Origin: Acidobacteriota bacterium
GTDB taxonomy: Bacteria > Acidobacteriota > UBA890 > WLXD01
Assembly: GCA_036012155.1 (NCBI GenBank)
Contig: DASCOT010000113.1
Coordinates: 14,870-78,869, forward strand
Direction of reading: 5' to 3'
Length of the DNA: 64,000 nucleotides
Shown here: positions 10,242 to 20,106 of the stretch, one piece after another
How the letters are laid out: every line of letters starts with the position of its first letter
Numbering within the stretch: position 1 is the stretch's first letter
The notes under the pieces: generated by a model
What the model was told of the DNA's origin: nothing
Databases searched by the model: none
What the model saw: only the letters and a program-made list of their open reading frames with translations
Made by a program: the position numbers and the translations under genes

Positions 10242-12338
10242 CTAGACCTCGACAGAGGCACGCTCGGCCTCGGTCAACGCCTTGAGCGAAAGGCGAATGC
10301 GATTCGGAGCCTCGATCTTGACGACCTTTACCGTCAACTCCTGCCCCTCGCTGACATGCTCACGCATATCCTCGACATGATGTTCCGCCACCTCGGAAAT
10401 ATGCAGCAAGCCATCAGTTCCCGGTAGGATTTCGACGAAGGCGCCGAAATCTTTGATCGAGCGCACCTTGCCGCGATACACCTTGCCCACCTCGGCCTCC
10501 TGCGTCAGGTCCGAGATCATCTTCTGGGCGGCGGCACACGCCTCGGAATCGGGGGATGCGATCTGCACGGTTCCGTCGTCCTCGACGTTGATCTTGCAGC
10601 CGGTGTCTTCCTGCATCTGCCGAATGATCCGCCCGCCTGGGCCGATGATGTCGCGAATGCGGTCGACCGAGATCTTCACGGTGACGATCTGCGGCGCCCA
10701 GCGACTCGTCTCCGGTCGAGGCGCTGCCAGCGCCTCGCTCATCGTCTTCAAGATATGCATGCGATTCTGGCGCGCCTGCTCGAGCGCCTGCTCGAGGATC
10801 TCCCTCGACAGGCCGGAGATCTTGATGTCCATCTGCAACGCGGTGATACCACGGGGCGTGCCCGCCACCTTGAAGTCCATATCTCCGTAGTGATCCTCCT
10901 CGCCCGCGATGTCGGAGAGGATGGCGACCGTGTCGTCGTCCTTCATGAGACCCATCGCCACCCCGGCCACGGGAGCACGAATGGGCACGCCGGCGTCCAT
11001 CAGCGACAACGTGCCGCCGCATATGGTGGCCATCGATGATGAGCCATTCGACTCGAGGATCTCCGAGACAGTCCGAAGTACGTACGGCCACTCCTCGTCG
11101 GACGGCAGCACGGGATCGATCGCACGCTCAGCGAGGTTTCCGTGGCCAATCTCGCGGCGACCAGGTCCACGCATGAACCTCGCCTCGCCGACGGAGAACG
11201 GTGGGAAGTTGTAATGCAACATGAAGCGCTTCCAGAACTCGCCGTCGTACCCCTCGACCTTGCGAGCGTCGTCCGTTGTCCCCAGCGTCGTGGTGACAAA
11301 AGCCTGCGTCTCACCGCGAGTGAACAACGCCGACCCATGGGCGCGCGGTGAGTAGCCAACCTCACAGCGAATCGGCCGCACCTCATCGAAGTCTCGGCCA
11401 TCGAATCGCTTGCCCTCGCTCAATGCCGAACGACGCGTTGCCCGCTTTACCAACTCGGAGATAGCCTCTCCGGCATCGTCCGCCCAATCCGGGTTCTCCT
11501 CGGCGATGGCATCCTTGATCTCGACCTTGATCTGCCCCATCCGGTCCCGGCGCTCGATCTTGTCGGCGATGGTCAGAGCTTCGCGAATCCCGTCACCGCC
11601 AATCTCGTCGACGCGGGCGCTGAGATCCGCGTCGAGGACGGCGGGCTCGAAGACGAACTTCTCCACGCCGAGCTGCTCGCGCACCCGCTCCTGCAGATCG
11701 ATGTATGACTCCACATAGGGCTGCGCGAATTCGAATGCTCCGATGACCTCGGCCTCGCTAACCTCGTCGCCACCGGCCTCGACCATCATGACTGCGTCAC
11801 GCCGCGCGCAGAGGATCAGATCGAGGCAGCTGTTGTCCATCTGCGTCGAGGTCGGGTTGAGTAGGTAGCCGTCCTCGTCGAGCCCCACCCGGAACGCCCC
11901 GAACGGCGTGTCGAACGGTATGCGCGAGCAATACAGCGCCATGGATGCGCCCAGTTTGGCCAGGATTGCCGGATCGTTCTCGCCGTCCGCCGAGAGCACC
12001 ATCCCGATCACCTGCGTCTCGTACCGATACCCTTTCGGGAACAGCGGCCGGATGCTGCGATCGATCATCCGAGACGTGAGAATCTCCTTGTCCGCCGGCC
12101 GGCCCTCCCGCTTGAAGAAGCCGCCCGGTATGCGACCACCAGCGTAGGTCCACTCGCGATAGTCAACGGTCAGCGGTAGGAAGGAAGCCGATTTCGGCTT
12201 GCGATCCATTACGGCGGTAACCAGCACCTTGGTGTCACCACATGACACCACCACAGAGCCGTCCGCTTGACGAGCTACATGGCCGAGCTCGAACTCGATT
12301 GTCTGGCCGTTCAGCTCGATCTTCTCTTGCACGATCAT
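10242..12338 (-). CDS. pnp: polyribonucleotide nucleotidyltransferase (PNPase)
   Basis: 698 aa. Two RNase PH domains plus KH (GPGGRIIRQM) and S1 (GKVRSIKDFGAFVEI) domains. Confidence 0.96.
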   Translation of the reverse strand: MIVQEKIELNGQTIEFELGHVARQADGSVVVSCGDTKVLVTAVMDRKPKSASFLPLTVDYREWTYAGGRIPGGFFKREGRPADKEILTSRMIDRSIRPLFPKGYRYETQVIGMVLSADGENDPAILAKLGASMALYCSRIPFDTPFGAFRVGLDEDGYLLNPTSTQMDNSCLDLILCARRDAVMMVEAGGDEVSEAEVIGAFEFAQPYVESYIDLQERVREQLGVEKFVFEPAVLDADLSARVDEIGGDGIREALTIADKIERRDRMGQIKVEIKDAIAEENPDWADDAGEAISELVKRATRRSALSEGKRFDGRDFDEVRPIRCEVGYSPRAHGSALFTRGETQAFVTTTLGTTDDARKVEGYDGEFWKRFMLHYNFPPFSVGEARFMRGPGRREIGHGNLAERAIDPVLPSDEEWPYVLRTVSEILESNGSSSMATICGGTLSLMDAGVPIRAPVAGVAMGLMKDDDTVAILSDIAGEEDHYGDMDFKVAGTPRGITALQMDIKISGLSREILEQALEQARQNRMHILKTMSEALAAPRPETSRWAPQIVTVKISVDRIRDIIGPGGRIIRQMQEDTGCKINVEDDGTVQIASPDSEACAAAQKMISDLTQEAEVGKVYRGKVRSIKDFGAFVEILPGTDGLLHISEVAEHHVEDMREHVSEGQELTVKVVKIEAPNRIRLSLKALTEAERASVEV

Positions 12339-12525
12339 CTAATTCCTTCCTCCAAGCCGCACAGCGACCTCAGTCCAGGCGAGCGAGCGCGCAGCTTGGT
12401 TACACGATCAGGGGGGTGGGGTGGAGTGTGCTTCCCCGTGGTGTGTTCCCAGCAGGCTTCGAAGTTCCCTTCGCCGCGTCCGCTATCCGCGTATTCTCTC
12501 GTTTCCTTCCGCAGCAGGCGCAGGA
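12339..12525 (-). promoter_or_regulatory. pnp 5' leader between rpsO and pnp (presumed processing/autoregulatory region)
   Basis: 187-nt non-coding spacer in the conserved rpsO-pnp arrangement. No structure could be resolved by eye. Confidence 0.4.
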
Positions 12526-12783
12526 CTAGCGTCGCAGTCCCAGCCTCTCAATTAAGCTCTGATACCGCGCCACATCGACGCGCCGCAGGTAGTCGAGCAA
12601 GCGCCGACGCCTTCCAACGAGCATCTGCAACCCGCGCTGGGTCGCAAAGTCGCTCCGGTTGGCCTTCATGTGCTCGGTGAGGTGCCTGACGCGCGCGCTT
12701 AGCTGCGCGATTTGCACCTCTGACGACCCCGTGTCGGTCGGGTGCTGCCGAAACTCGTCGATCGCTATCTCCGCTTGACTCAT
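12526..12783 (-). CDS. rpsO: 30S ribosomal protein S15
   Basis: 85 aa, [34 protein letters not shown]...canonical S15. Confidence 0.93.
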   Translation of the reverse strand: MSQAEIAIDEFRQHPTDTGSSEVQIAQLSARVRHLTEHMKANRSDFATQRGLQMLVGRRRRLLDYLRRVDVARYQSLIERLGLRR

Positions 12784-13028
12784 CGTCCTCTTTACGTAGC
12801 TCGCTTCCTATCCGTGTTCGTGGGTTTGCCCCGGCACACAAGGTTCACAGAGTGTCCAGACGCACGAGTGCCAAGCAGGCCGAAACGGTACCACGGAGCC
12901 TGGAGGCTGTAAACGCGTTGCCGGCGCCGTGGCCTTCGTGAGTCGACTCCCGTTCGGCGGCTGGTTGCGCAGGCCCAGCTCAGCGTAACCGCCCACCTGC
13001 GCGGCGCTTTGCCCCACGCCCACGACAG

Positions 13029-13934
13029 CTAGTGGAGCAACACGATGCGAGGCTGCAGCATGCCCCCTGGGAGCAGCTCCGCGGCGGCCAGCAAACGCGC
13101 GTCCGGATCCATCACGCGCACCCAGCCTTCGCGCCTCCGCGGCGCAGGCGCAGCCTCGGCAGGAAGTCGATCGACGATGCAATGCGGCTCTAGCACGCCG
13201 CCGTTGCGAAGGACGTCGATGCCGGCGCGATCGACCACTACACCCGGCCAATCCTGAACCATGGCCGCTGCCGGCAGGATGCGAGCTTCGATGTCTTCAA
13301 CCGGCCCGCTCTCCAGCGCCTCCCAACTGAGCGCACCCGACAGATCGAACCGCCCAACGCGCAGGCGGCGGAGCGCAGCAAGATGTGCCGCACACCCCAT
13401 GGCCGCACCGATGTCATGCGCCAAGGTACGCACATAAGTTCCCGATCCGCAGTGCACTCGGAGCCGTAAGACGTCGGCGTCACGATCGATCAGGTCAATG
13501 GAGTACACCTGCACGGGCACGGGCTCGTGAACCACGACTTCGCCGCGGCGAACCCGCTTGTAGGCCGGCTGGCCGCGGATCTTCTTGGCGGAATACGCAG
13601 GCGGAACCTGCTGGATCTCCCCGACGAAAGCATCGAGCAGCGCTGCCAGCCTTTGCGGTTCGATCGCCGGGACCGGGAGACGACTGCCCACCATCTCCCC
13701 TTCGGAGTCATACGTATCCGTCGCCCAGCCGAAGCGAACGCCGCACTCGTAGAGTTTGTCCTGGCTCTGAAGGAATCGCGCCAGACGCGTCGCACGACCG
13801 AGGCACAAGAGCAATACCCCCGTTGCCTGGGGGTCGAGCGTTCCCGTGTGTCCGGCGCGACATTGGAGCCGGTGCCGCACCTTGGCGACGACATCATGGG
13901 ATGTCACGCCGGCGGGCTTGTCGGCAACCAGCAT
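13029..13934 (-). CDS. truB: tRNA pseudouridine(55) synthase
   Basis: MLVADKPAGVTSHDVV...HTGTLDPQATGVLLLCLGRATR catalytic motif. Start set at the Met preceding the conserved DKP motif. Confidence 0.9.
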   Translation of the reverse strand: MLVADKPAGVTSHDVVAKVRHRLQCRAGHTGTLDPQATGVLLLCLGRATRLARFLQSQDKLYECGVRFGWATDTYDSEGEMVGSRLPVPAIEPQRLAALLDAFVGEIQQVPPAYSAKKIRGQPAYKRVRRGEVVVHEPVPVQVYSIDLIDRDADVLRLRVHCGSGTYVRTLAHDIGAAMGCAAHLAALRRLRVGRFDLSGALSWEALESGPVEDIEARILPAAAMVQDWPGVVVDRAGIDVLRNGGVLEPHCIVDRLPAEAAPAPRRREGWVRVMDPDARLLAAAELLPGGMLQPRIVLLH

Positions 13935-13947
13935 GCCGACGTGGTCG

Positions 13948-14925
13948 TTACCCAACTCCGCGAGCCCCGCCACGTATGCTCCTGATCTTTGCCATGATGC
14001 TCGCACGTACCTCCTCGAGCGAGCCATCAAGCTGACAGCCCGCGGCACGTGGATGGCCGCCGCCCCCGTAAGACGCCGCAACCTCCGCAACGTCGACGCT
14101 CGCGTCAGAGCGCAAGCTGACCCGGAAGCGATCGCGGCCAACCTCCTTGAACAAGAGCGCAACCTCCACGCCGGCGATCGATTGCGCCTGATTGATCAGG
14201 CCTTCCGTATCACCGCCACCCCGGCGATCGAAATCACGGCGCCAAAGCACCATCCACGCAACCCGACCATCCTCCTCCAACTTCAACGTCGCGAGCGCGT
14301 CGGCAAGGAGGAAGACTCGCGCCGCCGGCACATTGCCGTACACCGCCTCGGCAATCCCCGAGGCATCGGCACCCAACTTGACCATGTCGGCAGCAAACTG
14401 GAGCGCCGCCACATCCGTGTTGGAGTGGTGGAACGAGCCGGTATCGGTAAGCACCGCGACATACAACAGGGTGGCGATCGGAGGCGTAATCTGGGCTCCC
14501 AGGGGATCGGCCAACCGTGCCACCATCATACTCGTGGCGGCCACTTGCGGGTCGATCCAGTTCACGTTCGCGAACATCGCGTTTTGGCTATGGTGATCGA
14601 TGTTCAGCGACTCGATCCGGTCCAATCCGGCAACTCCCGCACGAGCGAAATCAGAACACTCGACCAGAATGCTGGCACGCGCGCGGCGCGACACCGCGTC
14701 ACACGTCTGTACCCGTGAGCACTCAGGCAACCAACCGAACCGCCGCGGAAATGGCTGCTGAATCACCACTTCTGATCGCTTACCAATCTGGTCAAGCATG
14801 ATGGCCAGGGCAAGCGACGAGCCTAGCGAGTCGCCGTCAGGATCGGTGTGAGAGGCGATGACGAAGTCATCGCGCCGGGCAATCCATCGGACCACACGAC
14901 CCATGCCATCACCCGTCGGTGGCAT
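13948..14925 (-). CDS. nrnA: DHH-family phosphoesterase (NrnA-like oligoribonuclease/pAp phosphatase)
   Basis: DHH motif (IASHTDPDGDSLGS) and DHHA1 motif (GGGGHPRAAG). Alternative start 7 codons downstream would remove the overlap with rbfA. Confidence 0.85.
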   Translation of the reverse strand: MPPTGDGMGRVVRWIARRDDFVIASHTDPDGDSLGSSLALAIMLDQIGKRSEVVIQQPFPRRFGWLPECSRVQTCDAVSRRARASILVECSDFARAGVAGLDRIESLNIDHHSQNAMFANVNWIDPQVAATSMMVARLADPLGAQITPPIATLLYVAVLTDTGSFHHSNTDVAALQFAADMVKLGADASGIAEAVYGNVPAARVFLLADALATLKLEEDGRVAWMVLWRRDFDRRGGGDTEGLINQAQSIAGVEVALLFKEVGRDRFRVSLRSDASVDVAEVAASYGGGGHPRAAGCQLDGSLEEVRASIMAKIRSIRGGARGVG

Positions 14926-15286
14926 CTGCCTCGCCCTCCCCTGGATCCTGCGGGGCCCCCTCGCGTATCAGCTCCTCGATTCGATCGCCTTGATCGAGCG
15001 TGCGGTCGACCTCGAAATGCAGCTCCGGTGTACGGCGCAGCTGCACCCGTCGACCCACCTCCCTGCGAAGGAAACCGCCCGCCCGATGCAAGCTCTCCAT
15101 CGACTGTGCCTCGGCATCCGCGTCGCCGAGGACACTTACGAAGACGCGCGCATGGCACAGATCAGCGCTCATGCGTACCTCCGTCACGGTAACGAAGCCC
15201 AACCCCGGATCCTTGACCTCGTTGAGCAACAGATCCGCCAACGCCGCCCGCAGGCTGTCTCCAACACGTCGTGGTCGATGTCGCAT
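14909..15286 (-). CDS. rbfA: ribosome-binding factor A
   Basis: 125 aa, RVGDSLRAALADLLLNEVKDPGLGFVTVTEVRMSADL typical of RbfA, with an acidic C-terminal tail. Confidence 0.9.
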   Translation of the reverse strand: MRHRPRRVGDSLRAALADLLLNEVKDPGLGFVTVTEVRMSADLCHARVFVSVLGDADAEAQSMESLHRAGGFLRREVGRRVQLRRTPELHFEVDRTLDQGDRIEELIREGAPQDPGEGEADATDG

Positions 15287-15370
15287 CGTCAGGTTCCTTG
15301 CCGTCGCGCCAACCGCGCCACGACACCTTCCGTCCGGTTATCAATCCGTTGCCCGTGGGCGTCAGGATAC

Positions 15371-15649
15371 CTACAGGTACTCGACACGGTGGCGCAGCAA
15401 CTCCGCGTCGTGCGCCTCCGCCTCGCGAACCACACGTTCGAACAACCCTTCCAAGGGCCGTTGCGAAGCCGATATCGACGCTACCGCGACACCGGCTCGT
15501 TGCCACAGATCCTGGTACTCGACTTCAGCGACTGCGACGTTGAAGCGCGCCTTCAGCCGTCCTTTCAGGCGGTTGAGGAACATGCGCTTCTCCTTGAGAC
15601 TCCTGCAGCCCGGGAGATGGAATTCAAGGCTACACACCCCGATGATCAT
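15371..15649 (-). CDS. DUF503 (YlxP-like) protein
   Basis: 92 aa. MIIGVCSLEFHLPGCRSLKEKR signature of DUF503. Sits between infB and rbfA. Confidence 0.8.
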   Translation of the reverse strand: MIIGVCSLEFHLPGCRSLKEKRMFLNRLKGRLKARFNVAVAEVEYQDLWQRAGVAVASISASQRPLEGLFERVVREAEAHDAELLRHRVEYL

Positions 15650-15715
15650 GACTTGCCCTCATCCCTGCCCGGCACAGGGAGGGCCAGTCCTGGCAGCGCC
15701 GGGGGGGCTGCACGC

Positions 15716-17851
15716 TCAGAGACTGGGAGCGATCTCCTTGAGGTCGTATGCCTCAATCACGTCGCCGATCTTGACGTCGTTGAAGTTCTCCAGACCGATG
15801 CCACACTCGTAGCCCTGCTGCACTTCCTTCACATCTTCCTTGAAGCGGCGCAGGGAGCCGACCTTACCCTCGTAGATAATGCGCGAGTCACGAACCAGGC
15901 GAGCCCTGGTACCGCGCGAGAACTTGCCCTCGGTCACGTAGCACCCTGCCACGGTACCGGCGCGTGGGACTCGGAAGGTATCGCGTACTTCCGCAGCGCC
16001 CGTCGCCTGTTCCTCGAAGGTCGGTTCCAGCTGGCCGACCATGGCCGCTTTGACTTCGTCGATCAATCGATAGATGACCGTATGCAGCCGCAGATCGACA
16101 CGCTCACGCGTCGCTGCGGCGGCGACGTCGCGTTCTGGCCGCACGTTGAAGCCGACGATGATGGCATTGGATGCCGATGCCAAGAGCACGTCGGTCTCGG
16201 TAATACCACCGACAGCGGCAAGCATGATCTCCACCTGCACGGAATCGCCCGAGAGGTTCCCCAAGGCGTCGCTGATCGTCTGGACCGAGCCCTGCGTATC
16301 CGCCCTCAGAACCACCGGCAACTTCACCCGGCCACCCTCGAGAATCCGCGCGTGGAGGTCCTCGAGGGTCAAGCGCGAACCGGCAGAAAGGTTGTCATGG
16401 CGCGACTTGAACTGGCGTAACTCAGCCACCTTTCGTGCCACCGAAGCCTCTTCAACCACCTGGAAGCTATCGCCGGCCTCGGGCACACCGGAAAAACCGA
16501 GCACCTCGACGGCGGTCGCCGGAGGGGCCTCTTTGGTCTGTTTTCCGTGGGCATCGATCATCGCCCTGACCTTGGCGCTCTCCGTACCAGCGACCAGCGA
16601 GTCGCCGACGCGCAAGGTGCCCTCCTGCACGAGCAGGGTTGCTAGCGCCCCCCGCTGGCGATCGAGCTGCGCCTCGAGCACGGTGCCACGAGCCGAAATC
16701 TCCGGATTCGCTTTCAACTCGAGGAGATCGGACGAAAGAATGATCATCTCCAACAGGTCGTCGAGATTCTCTTTGGTCTTGGCCGATACGGGAACGCAGA
16801 CCGTGTCACCGCCCCAATCCTCGGGTGTCAGCTGATGCTCCAGCAGCTGCTGCTTGGCACGTTCGACATTGGCCTGCGGCAGATCGATCTTGTTGATCGC
16901 CACGAGAATCGGCACGTTCGCCGCGCGCGCGTGGTCGATAGCCTCAATGGTCTGCGGCATGATTCCGTCGTCGGCAGCTACCACCAGGACAACGATGTCC
17001 GTGATCTGCGCTCCACGAGCCCGCATTCGCGTGAAGGCCTGATGACCGGGTGTGTCGATGAGCACGATGCGATTGCCGTTCCATTCGACTTCGGAGGCGC
17101 CGATGTGCTGGGTGATCCCGCCGGCCTCACCCGCTACCACGTCGGTTTCGCGTATCGAATCCAGGAGGTGCGTCTTGCCATGGTCTACGTGTCCCATGAT
17201 CGTCACCACAGGGGCGCGCGACGCTAGATCTGCCTCATCGCCGGCGTCGAGCTCGCCGAGGAGCCGCTCGTCTGCGGTGACAACCTTGAGCCGAACACCG
17301 TGTTCTGCAGCGATCGCCGTCGCCACTTCGGCATCGAGCGACTGCGTGAGGTTGGCCATGATGCCCTTCGCCATGAGCCCGGTGATGATCTCCGTCGGGC
17401 TGATTCCGCCGACCTCCGCGAGCTCGCGAACCGTTACGCCATCATCAACTTCGACGGGCTCCGCGTCCGAAAGTGCCGCGGCTTCATCCTCTTCGGCCGC
17501 GATGGCGGTGTCATCGCCGCGCTCGGTTTCTCCAACAGCCTCGGCCTCCGGTGTGACGTCGGCAGGCTCGGGCATCGCCTCGACCTCTACCGCCGGCTCC
17601 GGCGCTGCCTCCGGCTTTGACTTGGCCTTCGGCTTTGACTTCGGCTTCGGCTTCGGCTTGGCCTCGACCGGGGTCTCTGCCTTCGCGTCCGCCGACTCGG
17701 CCTGACCACCAAGCAGCTCGCGAAGCCGGTCAGCATCGGCATCCGAGATGGCGTTGGCATGCGACTTTACCGCCACGCCGAGGTCGTTGAGACGCTCAAT
17801 GGCCACCTTGCTCGCGATGTCGAGCTCCTTGGCGATCTCGTGTACCCGCAT
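15716..17851 (-). CDS. infB: translation initiation factor IF-2
   Basis: 711 aa. GTPase G-domain ([29 protein letters not shown]) and C-terminal beta-barrel domains. Repetitive N-terminal linker. Confidence 0.96.
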   Translation of the reverse strand: MRVHEIAKELDIASKVAIERLNDLGVAVKSHANAISDADADRLRELLGGQAESADAKAETPVEAKPKPKPKSKPKAKSKPEAAPEPAVEVEAMPEPADVTPEAEAVGETERGDDTAIAAEEDEAAALSDAEPVEVDDGVTVRELAEVGGISPTEIITGLMAKGIMANLTQSLDAEVATAIAAEHGVRLKVVTADERLLGELDAGDEADLASRAPVVTIMGHVDHGKTHLLDSIRETDVVAGEAGGITQHIGASEVEWNGNRIVLIDTPGHQAFTRMRARGAQITDIVVLVVAADDGIMPQTIEAIDHARAANVPILVAINKIDLPQANVERAKQQLLEHQLTPEDWGGDTVCVPVSAKTKENLDDLLEMIILSSDLLELKANPEISARGTVLEAQLDRQRGALATLLVQEGTLRVGDSLVAGTESAKVRAMIDAHGKQTKEAPPATAVEVLGFSGVPEAGDSFQVVEEASVARKVAELRQFKSRHDNLSAGSRLTLEDLHARILEGGRVKLPVVLRADTQGSVQTISDALGNLSGDSVQVEIMLAAVGGITETDVLLASASNAIIVGFNVRPERDVAAAATRERVDLRLHTVIYRLIDEVKAAMVGQLEPTFEEQATGAAEVRDTFRVPRAGTVAGCYVTEGKFSRGTRARLVRDSRIIYEGKVGSLRRFKEDVKEVQQGYECGIGLENFNDVKIGDVIEAYDLKEIAPSL
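17612..17664. repeat. short tandem repeat (ggcttYgRcttNggcYtc units) encoding the [16 protein letters not shown] linker of IF-2
   Basis: Visible direct repeats ggctttgacttggccttcggctttgacttcggcttcggcttcggcttggcc. Confidence 0.6.
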
Positions 17852-17931
17852 CCGATCTCTCTGTCTATTGGCTCAAGAAAACTTCGTTAGGGCTCAGGTG
17901 CTACGGGGCGTGCCGGGCTACGAAACCGTGC

Positions 17932-19314
17932 CTAGACGGGCCCCGACTCCAACTCCGTTGTGTCTGAGCCGGTATCCGGCTCCGGTGTCGTCTCTGGGTT
18001 GGCTGCTGGGGGCTCGGCGAACGCCGAGTCAGCGGCAGCTTGCTGGATCTTCGCCGCCGTCTTCGGCCCGATGCCCTCCACTGCGACCAACGCCTCGATA
18101 TCCGACTGGGCGACGTCCGCGGCACTGGCGAAGCCTGCCGCGAGCAGCGCTTCCGCTGCCTTCGGCCCGACGCCCGGTATCTGCCGCAACTCCGTCGCCG
18201 TCGATGGTGCGCCGTCCGCGGGCTCCTCAGCGTCAACCGCCTCGGCGGCCGGCGGCAACAACTCCTGCCGCTTCTGCTCGTGGCTCTTGACGTCGATCTT
18301 GCGGCCCAAGAGCTTACCGGCGAGGCGCACGTTTTGCCCTCGCTTGCCGATCGCCAGCGACAGCTGGTCTTCGTCGACGATAACCTCGAGGTGGTGCTCC
18401 TCACGGCCGTGCTCATCGGTCACCATCAGCTCGCCAACTCGGCTTACGCGCGCTGGCTTGAGCGAATTGATGGCGTACTGATCTGGGTCCTCGGCCCACT
18501 CTACGATGTCAATCTTCTCGCCCCGCAGCTCGCGAATGATCGCTTGGACGCGAGAGCCACGCATGCCGACGCACGCCCCTACAGGATCGATGTCGGCGTC
18601 CTTGGAATACACCGCGACCTTGGCACGATCTCCGCCTTCCCGCACCGCACCCTTGATCGCCACCGTGCCGTCGTAGATCTCGGGCACCTCCATCTCGAAA
18701 AGGCGCAGCAAGAGCTCCGGGCTGCTACGTGAGACGACGATCTGCGGGCCGCGCGTAGCGCGCAGCACTTCGACGATCACCACGCGAATTCGGTCGCTGA
18801 TGTTGTAGTGCTCGGCACGCGATTGTTCCCGCCGCGGCAGCAGGGCCTCGGCGCGGCCCAAGTCGACGATCATGTCGCCGCGCTCGAAGCGCTTGACCGT
18901 GCCGGTGAGCAGCTCGCCTATTCGACCGCTGTACTCAGCGTGAATATTGTCGCGTTCGGCGTCGCGCACCTTCTGATACAGAACCTGCTTGGCGGCTTGT
19001 GCCGCGATTCGGCCGAGCTGGTCGGTAGGCATCGAGGTGCGTAGCTGCGCACCTACCTGCGGATCCTCCATGCCCTCCTGGCGAGCGGTCTCGACCGTGA
19101 TCTCCGACAGAGGGTCCTCGACCTCCTCAACCACCGTCTTGACGGCATGCAACTCGACCTCGCCGGTCTCGGGATTGAGCGCCGCCTCAAGGTAGTCTTC
19201 GGTGCGATAGAACTTCTGCGCCGCAACCGCCATCGCTTCCTCGATCGCGGCCACTATGATCTCCGGCTCGATGTTCTTTTCGCGACCAATCTGCTCGATC
19301 GTCTGGAGCAGCAT
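17932..19314 (-). CDS. nusA: transcription termination/antitermination factor NusA (with C-terminal HhH extension)
   Basis: 460 aa. S1 and KH domains (GDMIVDLGRAEALLP...DPVGACVGMRGSRVQ) and a C-terminal acidic HhH region (RQIPGVGPKAAEALL). Confidence 0.95.
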   Translation of the reverse strand: MLLQTIEQIGREKNIEPEIIVAAIEEAMAVAAQKFYRTEDYLEAALNPETGEVELHAVKTVVEEVEDPLSEITVETARQEGMEDPQVGAQLRTSMPTDQLGRIAAQAAKQVLYQKVRDAERDNIHAEYSGRIGELLTGTVKRFERGDMIVDLGRAEALLPRREQSRAEHYNISDRIRVVIVEVLRATRGPQIVVSRSSPELLLRLFEMEVPEIYDGTVAIKGAVREGGDRAKVAVYSKDADIDPVGACVGMRGSRVQAIIRELRGEKIDIVEWAEDPDQYAINSLKPARVSRVGELMVTDEHGREEHHLEVIVDEDQLSLAIGKRGQNVRLAGKLLGRKIDVKSHEQKRQELLPPAAEAVDAEEPADGAPSTATELRQIPGVGPKAAEALLAAGFASAADVAQSDIEALVAVEGIGPKTAAKIQQAAADSAFAEPPAANPETTPEPDTGSDTTELESGPV

Positions 19315-19336
19315 CTATCCGCTCTCCTCGCCCGGC

Positions 19337-19867
19337 TCAGATCTCGACTTCCAGGCGCGCCTCGGCGACCCGCTTCAGCGGAATCTCGAGCCGTCCCATC
19401 GTGTCATCATCGAGCAGAATGGTGCCGTGTTGGAGGCCGCGCAGGAGGCCGCGATGCAGCACTTCACGATCGGCATCTTGAGCCACGATCCGCACCCTGT
19501 GCCCGGCATACCGACGAAAGTCCGCGGCGACGAGTAGCGGGCAATCGAGCCCCGGAGAAGAAACCTCGAGTCGGCAGGCGCCGGGAAGCAGGTCTTCGAC
19601 GTCCAGGATGGCCGAGAGCTGGCGGCTGACGCGAGCGCAGTGCTCAACGTTCACGCCGCCCTCACAATCGATCACGACGCGCAGCATCCAGCCTCCGTCC
19701 TCGAAGAAATGTCGGAGGTCTACCAGGGTGCAGCCCTCGCGCCGAGCGACCCGTTCCGCGTGCGGTCGAAGCAACTCAGCAACGCTGTCGGAGGGAGCTC
19801 CCGCCGACAGACCTTCGCCCGAGCGCGCGTCGCGCGACTGCGATTCTTGGGTCGCAGACGTTGCCAA
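19337..19867 (-). CDS. rimP: ribosome maturation factor RimP
   Basis: 176 aa, RimP-like core (GCTLVDLRHFFEDGGWMLRVVID...LEVSSPGLDCPL). First gene of the nusA-infB operon. Confidence 0.85.
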   Translation of the reverse strand: MATSATQESQSRDARSGEGLSAGAPSDSVAELLRPHAERVARREGCTLVDLRHFFEDGGWMLRVVIDCEGGVNVEHCARVSRQLSAILDVEDLLPGACRLEVSSPGLDCPLLVAADFRRYAGHRVRIVAQDADREVLHRGLLRGLQHGTILLDDDTMGRLEIPLKRVAEARLEVEI

Positions 19868-19960
19868 GAAAACCTCCTAACAAAAAAAGGGCGGGCGCTG
19901 GGCCCACCTCTCCGAGGTACCCGAATTGGGTAGACGGTAACAAAATTCATGGGCACCTTC

Positions 19961-20000
19961 AACGATCGTGGCCGCCGCACGGGGCGCCAGAACGATCGTT
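19961..20000. promoter_or_regulatory. two copies of the palindrome AACGATCGT(T) spaced 30 bp apart in the rimP/thrC divergent intergenic region
   Basis: aacgatcgtg at 19961-19970 and aacgatcgtt at 19991-20000. The second copy is a perfect 10-bp palindrome. Confidence 0.35.
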
Positions 20001-20106
20001 CTCCATCGACCTGTTAGTGTGCCCGCCGGGAATCCGTCCGTCTCTTTGCGGCAACAACGGTGGATCCGTTGGGCACCGAGATGGCGCCCTTGCTCGAGAC
20101 CCCAAG

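Noticed and set aside
10414-11091. 225-aa minus-strand ORF in alternate frame
   Set aside because: Overlaps the PNPase coding region out of frame. Arg/Gly-rich nonsense translation.
14858-16420. 520-aa plus-strand ORF
   Set aside because: Lies entirely antisense to nrnA/rbfA/DUF503/infB, whose products have clear homology. Long antisense ORFs are expected in ~70% GC DNA. No recognisable motifs.
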